Of a stretch of 49,885 nt of DNA, positions 8,380 to 18,276 are shown piece after piece. This stretch comes from a virus (Duplodnaviria; Caudoviricetes): positions 1-49,885 of the IMG/VR virus record IMGVR_UViG_3300044849_000022. The stretch is one strand, 5' to 3'. Below the pieces are notes generated by a model, which had not been told where the DNA came from, made no database searches, and worked only from the letters and a program-made list of their open reading frames with translations. How positions within the stretch are numbered: position 1 is the first letter of the stretch; each line of letters begins with the position of its first letter. The translations under genes were made by a program, and so were the position numbers.

Positions 8380-8820
8380 TTATATATTAAAAAAATGATT
8401 TTTATATCGGTCTGGGCATTTTAAATTCTTCTTTTCTTGTAATACTATCAATACGCCGGGATTATCAGCATAAAATTTCATAATATCCTTAATATGCACA
8501 ATCCAAGCATCATCATCATAGGCGGCTTTATTTAATGCATCCCCCACAATTTTATATATGTTATCTAAATCTTTTGGAGATATATTTGTCGGTGTTCCCT
8601 CCTTATACCCCTTTGGTTTCTTAAATCCCGCATATATACTTAGTTCTAATTGTGTCTTTTCGTAATACGTATCGGGGTAATTAAAGTCATACAATAGAGC
8701 AAGTTCGTGTTCATAATCCCGGGTTTTTGTGGGGGTAATTGCATACCCTTTATTAGTATGTCGGGGCCTTTGTTTGCTCTGCGGGTCCCCCGGGACAAAT
8801 AGTTCAATCCTTTTCTTCAC
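8380..8820 (-). CDS. rusA: RusA-family Holliday junction resolvase
   Basis: VPGDPQSKQRPR, DLDNIYKIVGDALN...YDDD. Confidence 0.88.
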   Translation of the reverse strand: MKKRIELFVPGDPQSKQRPRHTNKGYAITPTKTRDYEHELALLYDFNYPDTYYEKTQLELSIYAGFKKPKGYKEGTPTNISPKDLDNIYKIVGDALNKAAYDDDAWIVHIKDIMKFYADNPGVLIVLQEKKNLKCPDRYKNHFFNI

Positions 8821-8986
8821 CGTTTACCCTCTCTTCTATTATTATTTTCCGGCCTTCCAAATATATTTCTAGCTCTTTGCCAGTATCAATCCCCAATTCT
8901 TTAATTATTCCATCGGGGATATATACAGCTTTTGTTTTTTGTTTTCTGCCTAATCCCTGTAATTTTCTGTAATAAACTACTTTCAT
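8804..8986 (-). CDS. AbrB/MazE-type DNA-binding protein
   Basis: RKLQ..G...AVYIP..IIKELGI..G.ELEI......IIIE pattern. Confidence 0.75.
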   Translation of the reverse strand: MKVVYYRKLQGLGRKQKTKAVYIPDGIIKELGIDTGKELEIYLEGRKIIIEERVNGEEKD

Positions 8987-10986
8987 TAATCATGTTCCTC
9001 CTTCATATAATATTTCGTAAAAAATCCTTCTGCTGCTAACGGTAAGGATCTACACCAGTCTAAATTTCGACACATAATTTCCTCAATTTTCTTCTGGGTA
9101 GAAAATCCATAGATATCATCTAGTTCAAGTACAATTTCATCGTGAACATGCATTCTTATATCTACACTCGGAAGATATTTTTTGCTGTTATATAATCTAA
9201 GCATGGCTAGGGCTAATATATCCCGGGCTATCGCTTGGGTTATATTCTCCACCAATTTTCCGTCATAAGTTTCTAACTTACACCACTTATGAGTTTTTGG
9301 ATGGGTGCCCTCATAGAAAATCCTTTCGCGTCCGGTTTCTTCATGAAATCCAAATTCAGCGCGCGGGTAATAAATTTTCCTGCCTGATGGCAATTGGATA
9401 ACTAAACACCCTCTTTCCATAAATGTTTTTATAACCGCATTTACATCCGTTTCTCCGGGGATTGGATATCTAAGGCGACTTTTAAATTTTATAGTTTGTT
9501 CCGCCATATTACCGATGGTTGTCCAAAATCTAACTATTTTTGGATTTAATGCCCGCCATCTATCTGCTGTTTCAATGCATAACTCATCCGGCCAATCTTT
9601 CATAATGGATTGTATAGCGGCACGGCGGCCCCGATACCCGCAAGCTAAGACAGCAACTTTACCTTTCTGGCGTTGTTCGGGGGTTACTTCTTCTATGGGT
9701 ACATTAAACATTTTAGAAGCGGTTGCTTTGTATATATCCCCGCCTTCCATGAATACATCTAGAACCCATCTTTCCCCAGCTAACCAAGCCAATATTCGGG
9801 CCTCAATTGAGCTGTAATCTTCTACTAAAAGAAGTCTATTATCTTCCGGAATTATAATTGTCCTGATAAGCTGGGATAGCTCAAATGGGATCCGGGGATC
9901 ATCGAAGTTATAAGATGTAATATCTAAATTTAAATACTTGTTTCTCACATCATCATAGTTACCCCCCAGTTTATTTTTTGGTAAGTTATGGACTTGCAAT
10001 CCTGCCCCTGCCCATCTTCCGGTAATAGCTTTTCCATATAACATTGTATTATATAGATATCCGTTAACATTTGCTTCCTTAGCAAATATATATTTAGCAT
10101 TGGAAGACTTGCTCAGTAGTTTTCGAAATCCGATAGCCTGCTTAACTGCCGGACTTTTGGTATTCTCTAAAACCTGGCCAATGTTTTCTTTATCCAGAGA
10201 TTCAAATTGTAGTTCCGGATCCTGGATGCGGATCCACTTTTTTAGTTGTACCAAACTGTTTGGATTTTCTAGACAAGTTAATCCTTTCAAATTATCTTTT
10301 ACCTGGATTTTAAATAATTCATCAACCATACATGCATTCTTAATTAATTTGGTGTCTACTTTGATACCGGTATAATTAATGATTTGATCCAAATACCATA
10401 CTTCTTTTTCTTCTTCTGATAACTCATCCCATATGAATTTCAAGCGATTGTATACAGCCATTTCAGCCTCAACATCCCCGATACAATACTTTTTAAACAG
10501 TTCCCATTTACCGGGGTTATGTTCGGGCCTGTTTCTGGTTCTACCGCCATTAACTATAGTTTGTTTACACGGTTTACCAAAATAGCTAATTAGATCCTTA
10601 CCATCCTTTTTACCCAAATTACCTAACTTTAAGAAGTCGGATAGCTTCCCCAGTGCTCCCGGTAAATTTAGCAAATGCGCCATTGTCATCGTACACTGCC
10701 ATTCGCGCGGATAAAACGGGATACCAAAATATTTACCAAAGCATGTTGCCTCAAAAATGCTATTATGAGCAATTTTAATAACATTAGAACATGTGATCAT
10801 TTTTTTCAGCTCACCCTTTAGATGGGGGTTACTTATTAAATCCATACATTGGACGGGTTGCCCATCAATACTATAAGCTGCCAATAAGATCTCAAAATCT
10901 GGGCTTGATACATATTTGGATACATTGGTTGCTATTAAATCTACTGATGAATAGGTTTCAATATCTATAAATAGTTTCTGTTTCAT
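8986..10986 (-). CDS. Family A DNA polymerase with 3'-5' exonuclease
   Basis: DIETYS, AHNSIFE, YCIGDV; TGRW; DYSSIEAR motif A; RQKGKVAVLACGY motif B; HVHDEIV motif C. Confidence 0.95.
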   Translation of the reverse strand: MKQKLFIDIETYSSVDLIATNVSKYVSSPDFEILLAAYSIDGQPVQCMDLISNPHLKGELKKMITCSNVIKIAHNSIFEATCFGKYFGIPFYPREWQCTMTMAHLLNLPGALGKLSDFLKLGNLGKKDGKDLISYFGKPCKQTIVNGGRTRNRPEHNPGKWELFKKYCIGDVEAEMAVYNRLKFIWDELSEEEKEVWYLDQIINYTGIKVDTKLIKNACMVDELFKIQVKDNLKGLTCLENPNSLVQLKKWIRIQDPELQFESLDKENIGQVLENTKSPAVKQAIGFRKLLSKSSNAKYIFAKEANVNGYLYNTMLYGKAITGRWAGAGLQVHNLPKNKLGGNYDDVRNKYLNLDITSYNFDDPRIPFELSQLIRTIIIPEDNRLLLVEDYSSIEARILAWLAGERWVLDVFMEGGDIYKATASKMFNVPIEEVTPEQRQKGKVAVLACGYRGRRAAIQSIMKDWPDELCIETADRWRALNPKIVRFWTTIGNMAEQTIKFKSRLRYPIPGETDVNAVIKTFMERGCLVIQLPSGRKIYYPRAEFGFHEETGRERIFYEGTHPKTHKWCKLETYDGKLVENITQAIARDILALAMLRLYNSKKYLPSVDIRMHVHDEIVLELDDIYGFSTQKKIEEIMCRNLDWCRSLPLAAEGFFTKYYMKEEHD

Positions 10987-11063
10987 CTCATATCTCCTTT
11001 TTATATCTCCTTTTTATATTAAAAGGTGTATACCTTGGTACACACCTGTAAAAACAGCTATCT

Positions 11064-11684
11064 TTAAAATGGAAGGGCATTTGGATCATTCGGATCTGCT
11101 GCCGGTGCTTCTTCAAAATATAAATCAAAAGCATCCTCAGCATCGATATCACCATAACTTGGCCGCCCCTCTTCTAGAACCAGGATATTTTTTAGTAATA
11201 ATGCTACCCCGTGTCCGGGGGTCTTGTAGCCCCACAATGCAAAGTGGACATTTACCAGGGCCCCATTAAATAAAATATCCTTTGGGTCTAATACCTGTTT
11301 GTATTTATTAACTACCTTTGGTGGATTGGTACTAGAAACTTTCATTAAAAAAGTATCTTTGTATGCTTCCAACTTAGATAATTTTTCTTCCTTCTTCTCC
11401 TTATCAAGACTCATATCCATCTCGATAATTTCCGCTTTATCACGGTACTTCCTATCCCCGTCTTTCACTGGATAGTATTTTTGTTCTCTAATATTCAACT
11501 TATTATCGTTAACTATTCTTTGTATTTCTTCCCGAAGTTGCTTAACTTGCTCTGATGACTTCGGTTCCACTATCGTTAAGTGGTATCTGCCCCTACCGTA
11601 CTCCGAAGAATCTTTTTCCGCTATTGATGGAAAAATAATCCTTACATTCTCTAAAACAACGTCACCATTTTTCAATACCTTCAT
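11064..11684 (-). CDS. Single-stranded DNA-binding protein (DUF2815 / gp2.5-like)
   Basis: NVRIIFP, PVKDGD, GVALLLKNI, acidic tail ending LPF; adjacent to the polymerase. Confidence 0.82.
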   Translation of the reverse strand: MKVLKNGDVVLENVRIIFPSIAEKDSSEYGRGRYHLTIVEPKSSEQVKQLREEIQRIVNDNKLNIREQKYYPVKDGDRKYRDKAEIIEMDMSLDKEKKEEKLSKLEAYKDTFLMKVSSTNPPKVVNKYKQVLDPKDILFNGALVNVHFALWGYKTPGHGVALLLKNILVLEEGRPSYGDIDAEDAFDLYFEEAPAADPNDPNALPF

Positions 11685-11775
11685 TTTTGCGTCTCCTTTT
11701 TTTTACCATTCTACAATAACCCCTCCTCTCGGGGTCATTCTAATGGTACTATACGCTATCTACAGTGTCAACGCA

Positions 11776-12015
11776 TTATTCATCTATATCTTTTAATTTT
11801 TCAATCGGACAGTTTAATAATTTTGCCAGTTTTTCTATATCTTCCAAGTCCCAGGTATCCAATCCCTGGTTAACTTTTCTATAGAAGCTCCCGCGTTTAG
11901 ACTTACTGCCCGTGAACTCCAAAGCCAAATCGGTCATACTAAGCCGTCTCTTACCAGCCAATGACTTAATAATTTGCAATGCTGTCTTTTCTCTCAAAGC
12001 TATCACCCCTTGCAC
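11776..12015 (-). CDS. XRE/Cro-like HTH regulator
   Basis: LSMTDLA...FYRKVN...WDLEDIEKLAKLLNC; operator palindrome in its own promoter. Confidence 0.7.
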   Translation of the reverse strand: MQGVIALREKTALQIIKSLAGKRRLSMTDLALEFTGSKSKRGSFYRKVNQGLDTWDLEDIEKLAKLLNCPIEKLKDIDE

Positions 12016-12038
12016 CTCCTTTAATTACTATTATTTTA

Positions 12039-12060
12039 AGCCATGTTACGTAACTTGTCA
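12039..12060. promoter_or_regulatory. Operator-like site within the TTGACA-17-TAAAAT promoter of the HTH gene
   Basis: AGCCATGTTACGTAACTTGTCA. Confidence 0.7.
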
Positions 12061-12293
12061 ACTTATTTATGGTTTACAATAGCAAAAAATTAGATATAAT
12101 TAAAGAGTAAAAGTAATGATTAAACATAAATTTAAATTTTCCTTTTTTCATGGGGGGCCGCATTAATTGTGGCCCTTTAGCATTAAAAAAAAAGATAATC
12201 CGTAGATTATCCAGCTATAGTTTTTATTTACCTTATTCATAGATAGGGTTGTGTAGTAAATTACACAAAATCTGATTTGTAATAATTATGTTA

Positions 12294-12315
12294 TATCAAG
12301 TTACTTAACTTGTCA
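12294..12315. promoter_or_regulatory. Operator-like site within a minus-strand TTGACA-17-TAACAT promoter
   Basis: TATCAAGTTACTTAACTTGTCA. Confidence 0.65.
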
Positions 12316-12320
12316 ATATA

Positions 12321-12515
12321 TTATTTAGATATTTTCTTTGCGCTCATGATCCCATGCCCGTTACCGAACACGTACCCAAGGCCACCTGTTAAAATCATAC
12401 CAGCCATTGAAGCCGGGATCTTCCCCATTGCACATAGTATTGTTGCGCTAACCATTGCAACTATGCAAACAATTAGCTTTGTTAATCCGCTAAGTTCCAT
12501 GCTACCATCCTCCAA
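12321..12515 (-). CDS. Putative holin / small two-TM protein
   Basis: Two TM helices, GYVFG motif, basic C-terminus; last gene of the late operon. Confidence 0.6.
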   Translation of the reverse strand: MEDGSMELSGLTKLIVCIVAMVSATILCAMGKIPASMAGMILTGGLGYVFGNGHGIMSAKKISK

Positions 12516-15500
12516 CTATTTATACAATTTTTCTAAATCTCTTAAGAAACTATTTACTTTATTTTTTTTATCTTTACTTGAAGATCCCCTTAATTCAGCA
12601 AATTGGTCATCTACTTTCTTCGTGGCCGCCTTAAGGTCAGCATATTTCTGAGCATTTTTGGGGCCCAATAAACTATTAAGCCTTTCTTGCCCAGCCTTAG
12701 AAGATAAAGATATACCCTGGCTCTTAATTTGCTCTTTTATACCAGCAATAGACTGGTCGAAATCCGCTTTTTGTTGTTTAATTTTATCGGTTATTTCATA
12801 ATATTTATTTGTAGATCTTGTATAATCCGTGTTTACTGTAAAATTAGCTTTAGCTGTATCAGCAATACCACCTACGGCTTTACCTATAACGCCTTTACCC
12901 TTATTTTCTCCTGATTTTTTCATTAGATCATATACTACCCCCGCGTAACTATCTAGTAAATAGTCTATCTTTTTTGGACTTAGATTAAATTGACTACCTA
13001 AAGTTTTAGCTAACCATGTAGTCTTCTCATCATACTGTTGTCCTGGGCTTACATTCTCCATAGTTCTCGGGATTATTTCTCTGCCAAAATAATCTTTATT
13101 TCCCCCCATTGCCATATTTATAGCTGGCATAACAACCCCCGATTTAATGTCAACAGGCATAAAATTTTTTAATATAGTATCCGGCATACCCTGAAAAGCT
13201 TCCTTATCATTTTTGGCAAAGTAATCATATAATCTTTCCCCGAGTGATCCAAAAATTAATCCTGCTTGAAAATCTTTAGGTATCTTGATGATAGTATCCT
13301 TATCCACTACCATTACCAGGTTTGAATTTTTTACATCATTAGGTATCTCGTCATATATCTTTTGTCTTCCCTTATCACTGTTATTATAGGCGTAAAATAA
13401 AGCTGCGGGTATAGTAGAAGACACAATTGCTTTTGCCGCTGACTGTAAGGGCTTATTCTTAAAAGTGCTTATACTTTTTGTAAGTCCCTGTACAGCTGCA
13501 TTACTATAGGGGATAACTTTATCTATCATCTTTAGTAATGTTCCGCCTTTGCCAAAATTAACCGTTACATTAGCCGCTGCAATTCTGGCCTTATTCACGT
13601 CCCCCGTTTCTTTTAACACCTTTTTAAATTCGGCGAATCTATTAAATTGTTCGCCAACTTCTAAAGCATCGGCATATTTTCGGGGTAGCTTAGTTAAAGC
13701 CTTACCCGCTTTACCTGTCATCTTTACGGGTTTCAAAGGATTAGACGATAAACTAGTCATTCTCCCGCCAACTGCTTCATATTGTTTCCAGGCAGGATCA
13801 TTTTTAACAATGTCATACATGGCTTTAAATCGTTGCTCTATAAATTTTACAGGATTGTTTTCACTACCCTGAACAAATGCCGTTGGTGTATCCCTTGCTA
13901 CATTCCGGGTGGCAAAAAACGGATTGTATTGAGTAATAGCCCCCTTAAATGGTGTAAGTACAACTTTATCCCAGGCCTTAACTAAACCTGTTAATTCATC
14001 AGATTTTACACTTTTATTTAAAGCATTAAACAAATTCTTATCTTTTATTTTTACAGTTATAGGTGTACCCTTCTCAAATACAGTTAAATACCCATCTCGA
14101 CCGGGTACTTGTTTTATGGGATTATTTATAATGTCTACTATGCTATTAATCGCATCTTCACCCTTTATTATGTCATCCCTCATATTTAATACTTGTTTAG
14201 CAATTTCTCGTTCTGTAGCATTAGAATACTCATTCTTACCTATCTTCACAACCTCTATTACATCCTTAAATGCTTCCGGTTCATTTAATACCGGTTTTAA
14301 CATCTCTTTATACGCCTCATTACGCCTATTTGCTTTAACTATTTTACTCATATTTTCAAATATCTGTTCGCCTAAAGGAATTATCTTTTTGCTACTGCCT
14401 GTTGCGGTTTTAATACTAGCACCCGCGACAATTCTATTAGTGGGTATCTTAGTATTAAAAGATTCCAACTGCCTATGTGATGGCACATAGTTTGGGTATT
14501 CTTTTTTTAAATATTTTCTTAGATCCTTGCTAACAAAATCAGACAACCACTCATCATTAAAGGTTTCCCGGACAGCATTGTATTGCTTTGATAACTCCTT
14601 AAATTCTGGATAAGCCTGTTCATAATTTGCTATTATTTCTTTAGAACGCTCAGCTGTTATCTTGTTACCCGCATCATCAACTAGTAATGTTTTCTTTTTA
14701 TTGAATCTATCAATATTATGCTTATTTAAAAGGTAATCATCATACTGTTTCTGTAATTTTTCATCCGGCATCTTTAAAACGTCGCTATAGCTTTTGTTTG
14801 CAAGAGGGTTACCATTTCGATCAACTAAACTCTTATTTGCAATATAATCAATGGTACCGTTAGATTGTGATTCTAGATTCAATAATTCATTAGCCTCTTT
14901 TGATATCTTACTCACATCGCTGTACCTATCTGTAACTAGCCTATTAAACGCGTCTTTAGCTTTTAATATCTTATTTTTCAAAGAATCCCTACCCTTTGTA
15001 TCTGTCATATGCTGCGTTTCAGTACTCAATTCCATATTTTGTATTTTCTTATTTACATTAGGCATATCAGAAAGACGTCTATCCGCAAACAATTGCAAGT
15101 CTATAAAGTACTTACTTGGAGATTTGCTATCCACTTTAAGCTCTTTTGCTAATTGGTTTTTGATACCCTGCATCTTAGCAAAATTAGCACTCTTCTTGGC
15201 ACTTTGCAATTCTTTTTGTAACTGCTGAATCTTTGGAACACTGCTGCTATTAACGTTAATTTCCTGATCCCCGAATTTTGCCTTAGTAATTTCTTCAGTA
15301 CCGGTTGTTACCTTGCTAACTTTATTGCTAGATTTATTTGCTAAGTTTAAATCACCTTCCGGCTCAGTTATACCAGTACTTTTTTTACTAGCAATAGTTT
15401 TCCTGTCAATAGATTTACTTAGGGCATCCTTGGCCTTTAAGTAGTCATTATAAGCGTTATCGTAATTATCTGCCAATTTTTCGATATCAAGGCCCATCTC

Positions 15501-16844
15501 AGATTTAATAGCTTTCTGTTCGGATCCGGTAAGTTCACTTTGGCCAAACTTATTTTGTATTTCATGGACAGCATCTTCCCAGGCTGTTTCAGCAGATTTA
15601 TATTCATCATATTTGGCATTATGAAAGTCCAAAGCTGACTCATACTTTGACTTAGATATACTTGGTTTTTTCTTAACTATTTCACTGGTTACCTTTTCAT
15701 CGGGGATAATGTGTTCATCCAATGCTGCTTGTCTGGATGCTCTCAGCTTCCCTATCTTATTACCTATTACTTCAAAGGTCTTGCTTAATACGCCACCAGT
15801 TACCCCACCTATAGTCATATTTACTGCAACTTCTTTAGCTGTCGGGGCTTCTTGTTTCATAAAGCTAATTTGACCCATATCCAATGCACCAATTGTTGCC
15901 GCCTTACCTGCACCCTTAATGGTTTTGTTTGCTATGGCTGCACCAACTTTTCCCCCATATTTACCTAAAATTTGGCTGCCTTTTTCAGCCGCTTTTTCAG
16001 ATAACCCGGAAAATGGCTCACTAAATGAGCCGCCTACCAATTTTCCACCCGCAAATCTAGCACCTAATCCAGAGGGGGCAGCAAAACCAAGCAGCTCACC
16101 TCCAATATCAGAAACAACATCAAGAGCTTTACTTCCTGTTTTCTCAAATCCTTTTTCTTTGGTTCCATATGCAACGCTCTGGACGCCCTGACTCACATTG
16201 TAAGCAAATTTATCAAGGGTAGTTGCCTTCTTTTTGCCGTTTTCCTCATAGGCTTTCTTATAAGCTTTATTAAGGCTCTCTACTGTTGGCTTTTTCTCTG
16301 TACAATTACTCTTTCTAAAGGATGTAATATGACCGCTTTCGCCGCGGGCAAAATAAAAATTCTTATCTTCAGCTATAACATCTATTTCCATGGCTCCATC
16401 CCATACCGATTTTATTAGTTCCCCGCTGACAGAATCCCGCATATCATCGCCTTTTGTTACCCACACTTTTTTTGCTTTTTTAAGATTTTTAATACCACCA
16501 ATAACCCCGAATAACTGGTTTGAAAACTTCTCAAACCCCGTCATTGGCTTGGTATTGGTTTTTCCGGTATTCCATTTAGTATATTTATTGGGGTCGTCAG
16601 ATCCAAATAACTTTGTATACTCATTATCTACACCGGAAATTTGATTCATTGATTTATCTTTGGCTGCTTGTATCCATGCGGATGATTGTTTCCTGGCCTG
16701 AGCCGCTTCATCTGCTTTCCTTTGGTCATATGCTGCCATGGTAACCTTTTCAGCCATTTGTTTATTAGCTGACCATGTAATTTCACCTAAATTCTTATAT
16801 GCATCTGAGTTTCTGATTGCATCCCAATCGTATTTCTTAGCCAT
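12516..16844 (-). CDS. Large internal virion (ejection/DNA transfer) protein, LPD38-like C-terminus
   Basis: 1442 aa; NKDYFGREIIP, SPKKIDYLLDSY, NVTVNF motifs typical of podovirus large polyvalent proteins. Confidence 0.7.
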   Translation of the reverse strand: MAKKYDWDAIRNSDAYKNLGEITWSANKQMAEKVTMAAYDQRKADEAAQARKQSSAWIQAAKDKSMNQISGVDNEYTKLFGSDDPNKYTKWNTGKTNTKPMTGFEKFSNQLFGVIGGIKNLKKAKKVWVTKGDDMRDSVSGELIKSVWDGAMEIDVIAEDKNFYFARGESGHITSFRKSNCTEKKPTVESLNKAYKKAYEENGKKKATTLDKFAYNVSQGVQSVAYGTKEKGFEKTGSKALDVVSDIGGELLGFAAPSGLGARFAGGKLVGGSFSEPFSGLSEKAAEKGSQILGKYGGKVGAAIANKTIKGAGKAATIGALDMGQISFMKQEAPTAKEVAVNMTIGGVTGGVLSKTFEVIGNKIGKLRASRQAALDEHIIPDEKVTSEIVKKKPSISKSKYESALDFHNAKYDEYKSAETAWEDAVHEIQNKFGQSELTGSEQKAIKSEMGLDIEKLADNYDNAYNDYLKAKDALSKSIDRKTIASKKSTGITEPEGDLNLANKSSNKVSKVTTGTEEITKAKFGDQEINVNSSSVPKIQQLQKELQSAKKSANFAKMQGIKNQLAKELKVDSKSPSKYFIDLQLFADRRLSDMPNVNKKIQNMELSTETQHMTDTKGRDSLKNKILKAKDAFNRLVTDRYSDVSKISKEANELLNLESQSNGTIDYIANKSLVDRNGNPLANKSYSDVLKMPDEKLQKQYDDYLLNKHNIDRFNKKKTLLVDDAGNKITAERSKEIIANYEQAYPEFKELSKQYNAVRETFNDEWLSDFVSKDLRKYLKKEYPNYVPSHRQLESFNTKIPTNRIVAGASIKTATGSSKKIIPLGEQIFENMSKIVKANRRNEAYKEMLKPVLNEPEAFKDVIEVVKIGKNEYSNATEREIAKQVLNMRDDIIKGEDAINSIVDIINNPIKQVPGRDGYLTVFEKGTPITVKIKDKNLFNALNKSVKSDELTGLVKAWDKVVLTPFKGAITQYNPFFATRNVARDTPTAFVQGSENNPVKFIEQRFKAMYDIVKNDPAWKQYEAVGGRMTSLSSNPLKPVKMTGKAGKALTKLPRKYADALEVGEQFNRFAEFKKVLKETGDVNKARIAAANVTVNFGKGGTLLKMIDKVIPYSNAAVQGLTKSISTFKNKPLQSAAKAIVSSTIPAALFYAYNNSDKGRQKIYDEIPNDVKNSNLVMVVDKDTIIKIPKDFQAGLIFGSLGERLYDYFAKNDKEAFQGMPDTILKNFMPVDIKSGVVMPAINMAMGGNKDYFGREIIPRTMENVSPGQQYDEKTTWLAKTLGSQFNLSPKKIDYLLDSYAGVVYDLMKKSGENKGKGVIGKAVGGIADTAKANFTVNTDYTRSTNKYYEITDKIKQQKADFDQSIAGIKEQIKSQGISLSSKAGQERLNSLLGPKNAQKYADLKAATKKVDDQFAELRGSSSKDKKNKVNSFLRDLEKLYK

Positions 16845-16858
16845 CTGTCAATCACCCC

Positions 16859-18262
16859 CTATAAATCATATTCTATTCTTATTCTAGCGATAACTTCCGG
16901 GCTATAACCTTCATTGGTCATATTAGCCAATACACTCCTTAATTCAGCACCACCCGCACTATTAAGCTGTTTCATACGGCCCTTAAATACTTTAATAGCT
17001 TTAGTATATTCCTTATTTAATTCAGCATCAGTTAAACCGTAAGCACTTTTGGCCGATGATGATCCACTACTACCTTTACGGCCACCGCCTCCACCGCCGC
17101 CGCTTCCTTTTGCTGCGGCTGCTTCTGCGGCCATTCTTTGAAGTTCAACATCCCTTGCAAGTTCTATATTCTGTAAACTCTTTTTATATTCGTATATCAT
17201 CGCTTGGATCCTTAATTGGCTATTTAGATCTATCTGGCTCTTTAAGGTATACAACTCACGTTCCATCTGAGAATCTATAACCATTTTCTTTAAGCTATAA
17301 TCATTCTCTTTTGCCATTAATTCAAGTTTATTTGCCTGTTCTATTGCCATTTGCTGCACCCATTTAGCTTTAGTACCAACCGGAACACCAAGAATAATGC
17401 TGGCATCCTCATCAACATATCCCAATTGTTCGATCCGATTCAAGGCCATTTGATTCTCCTGGATCTTTTTATCCAGGTCAAATTTTTGTTGCTGCAAATA
17501 TATTTGTCTATTATTATTCCTTTGTTCCATCATGGTTTTAAATATATTAAAATCTCTATCAGACATCTTATTTATAGCATCCATCTTTTGAGTCAATAAC
17601 TGCACTTGATCTTTTGACCGGTCAAACTGAATTTGTTCCCATTGCATCATTTGATTGACCAAGCCCAATTGTCTGCTCAAAAAGTCAGCATGTTCCCCGC
17701 GCGCTATTTGCTCGAATTGGGGTAATACTTTAGCCATCTGCTGGCTTATCATATCCTGGGTACCGGATCCAAAGGCAAAACCCCTTTTGGCTGCCATATC
17801 AGTAATAACTTTGGTTACATTCTGTTTTGCCGCAGCAACTAACGGATCCTTTTCAGCCGCATAATCATATTTTTCTGTCTGGCTGGCAAAAACACCTTTT
17901 ATAAAGTCTTTGGTTTCTTGCGGAGTTTCGTATAATTTCGCTCCCCCTAATTGCTGGATCATTTGTTGTTGCTCAGCTTGATAAGGGTTTACATATTCCC
18001 CTGTTTGCATATTACCAGTTTTAGCAATCGGAGCTTCAACACTTGACGCATCTGTAGGTGTAGCACCACGAGGGGTTTCTACTGCCTGTTGGGATAAAGA
18101 ACTATCCGTTATTGTACTTGTCTGCTTTTGGCTAATATTAACTTGATCACTTGTTTTAGTTGTTTGCTGCCCCTGCCCCTGATTATTAACAGCATTCTGA
18201 ACCGCTTGATTTATAGCCGACTCCAAACCTGAAGCTATATTATTAACTGTTGCATCTGCCAT
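16859..18262 (-). CDS. Internal virion protein, Gln-rich coiled coil; paralog of the 18277..21435 C-terminal half
   Basis: Shared TPQET and GYVDE.....LGVPVGTKA.W blocks. Confidence 0.65.
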   Translation of the reverse strand: MADATVNNIASGLESAINQAVQNAVNNQGQGQQTTKTSDQVNISQKQTSTITDSSLSQQAVETPRGATPTDASSVEAPIAKTGNMQTGEYVNPYQAEQQQMIQQLGGAKLYETPQETKDFIKGVFASQTEKYDYAAEKDPLVAAAKQNVTKVITDMAAKRGFAFGSGTQDMISQQMAKVLPQFEQIARGEHADFLSRQLGLVNQMMQWEQIQFDRSKDQVQLLTQKMDAINKMSDRDFNIFKTMMEQRNNNRQIYLQQQKFDLDKKIQENQMALNRIEQLGYVDEDASIILGVPVGTKAKWVQQMAIEQANKLELMAKENDYSLKKMVIDSQMERELYTLKSQIDLNSQLRIQAMIYEYKKSLQNIELARDVELQRMAAEAAAAKGSGGGGGGGRKGSSGSSSAKSAYGLTDAELNKEYTKAIKVFKGRMKQLNSAGGAELRSVLANMTNEGYSPEVIARIRIEYDL

Positions 18263-18276
18263 ATGCTACCACCTCC

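Noticed and set aside
10989-11016. Tandem 13-bp repeat ATATCTCCTTTTT upstream of the polymerase
   Set aside because: A simple duplication of the SD region, with no further evidence of function
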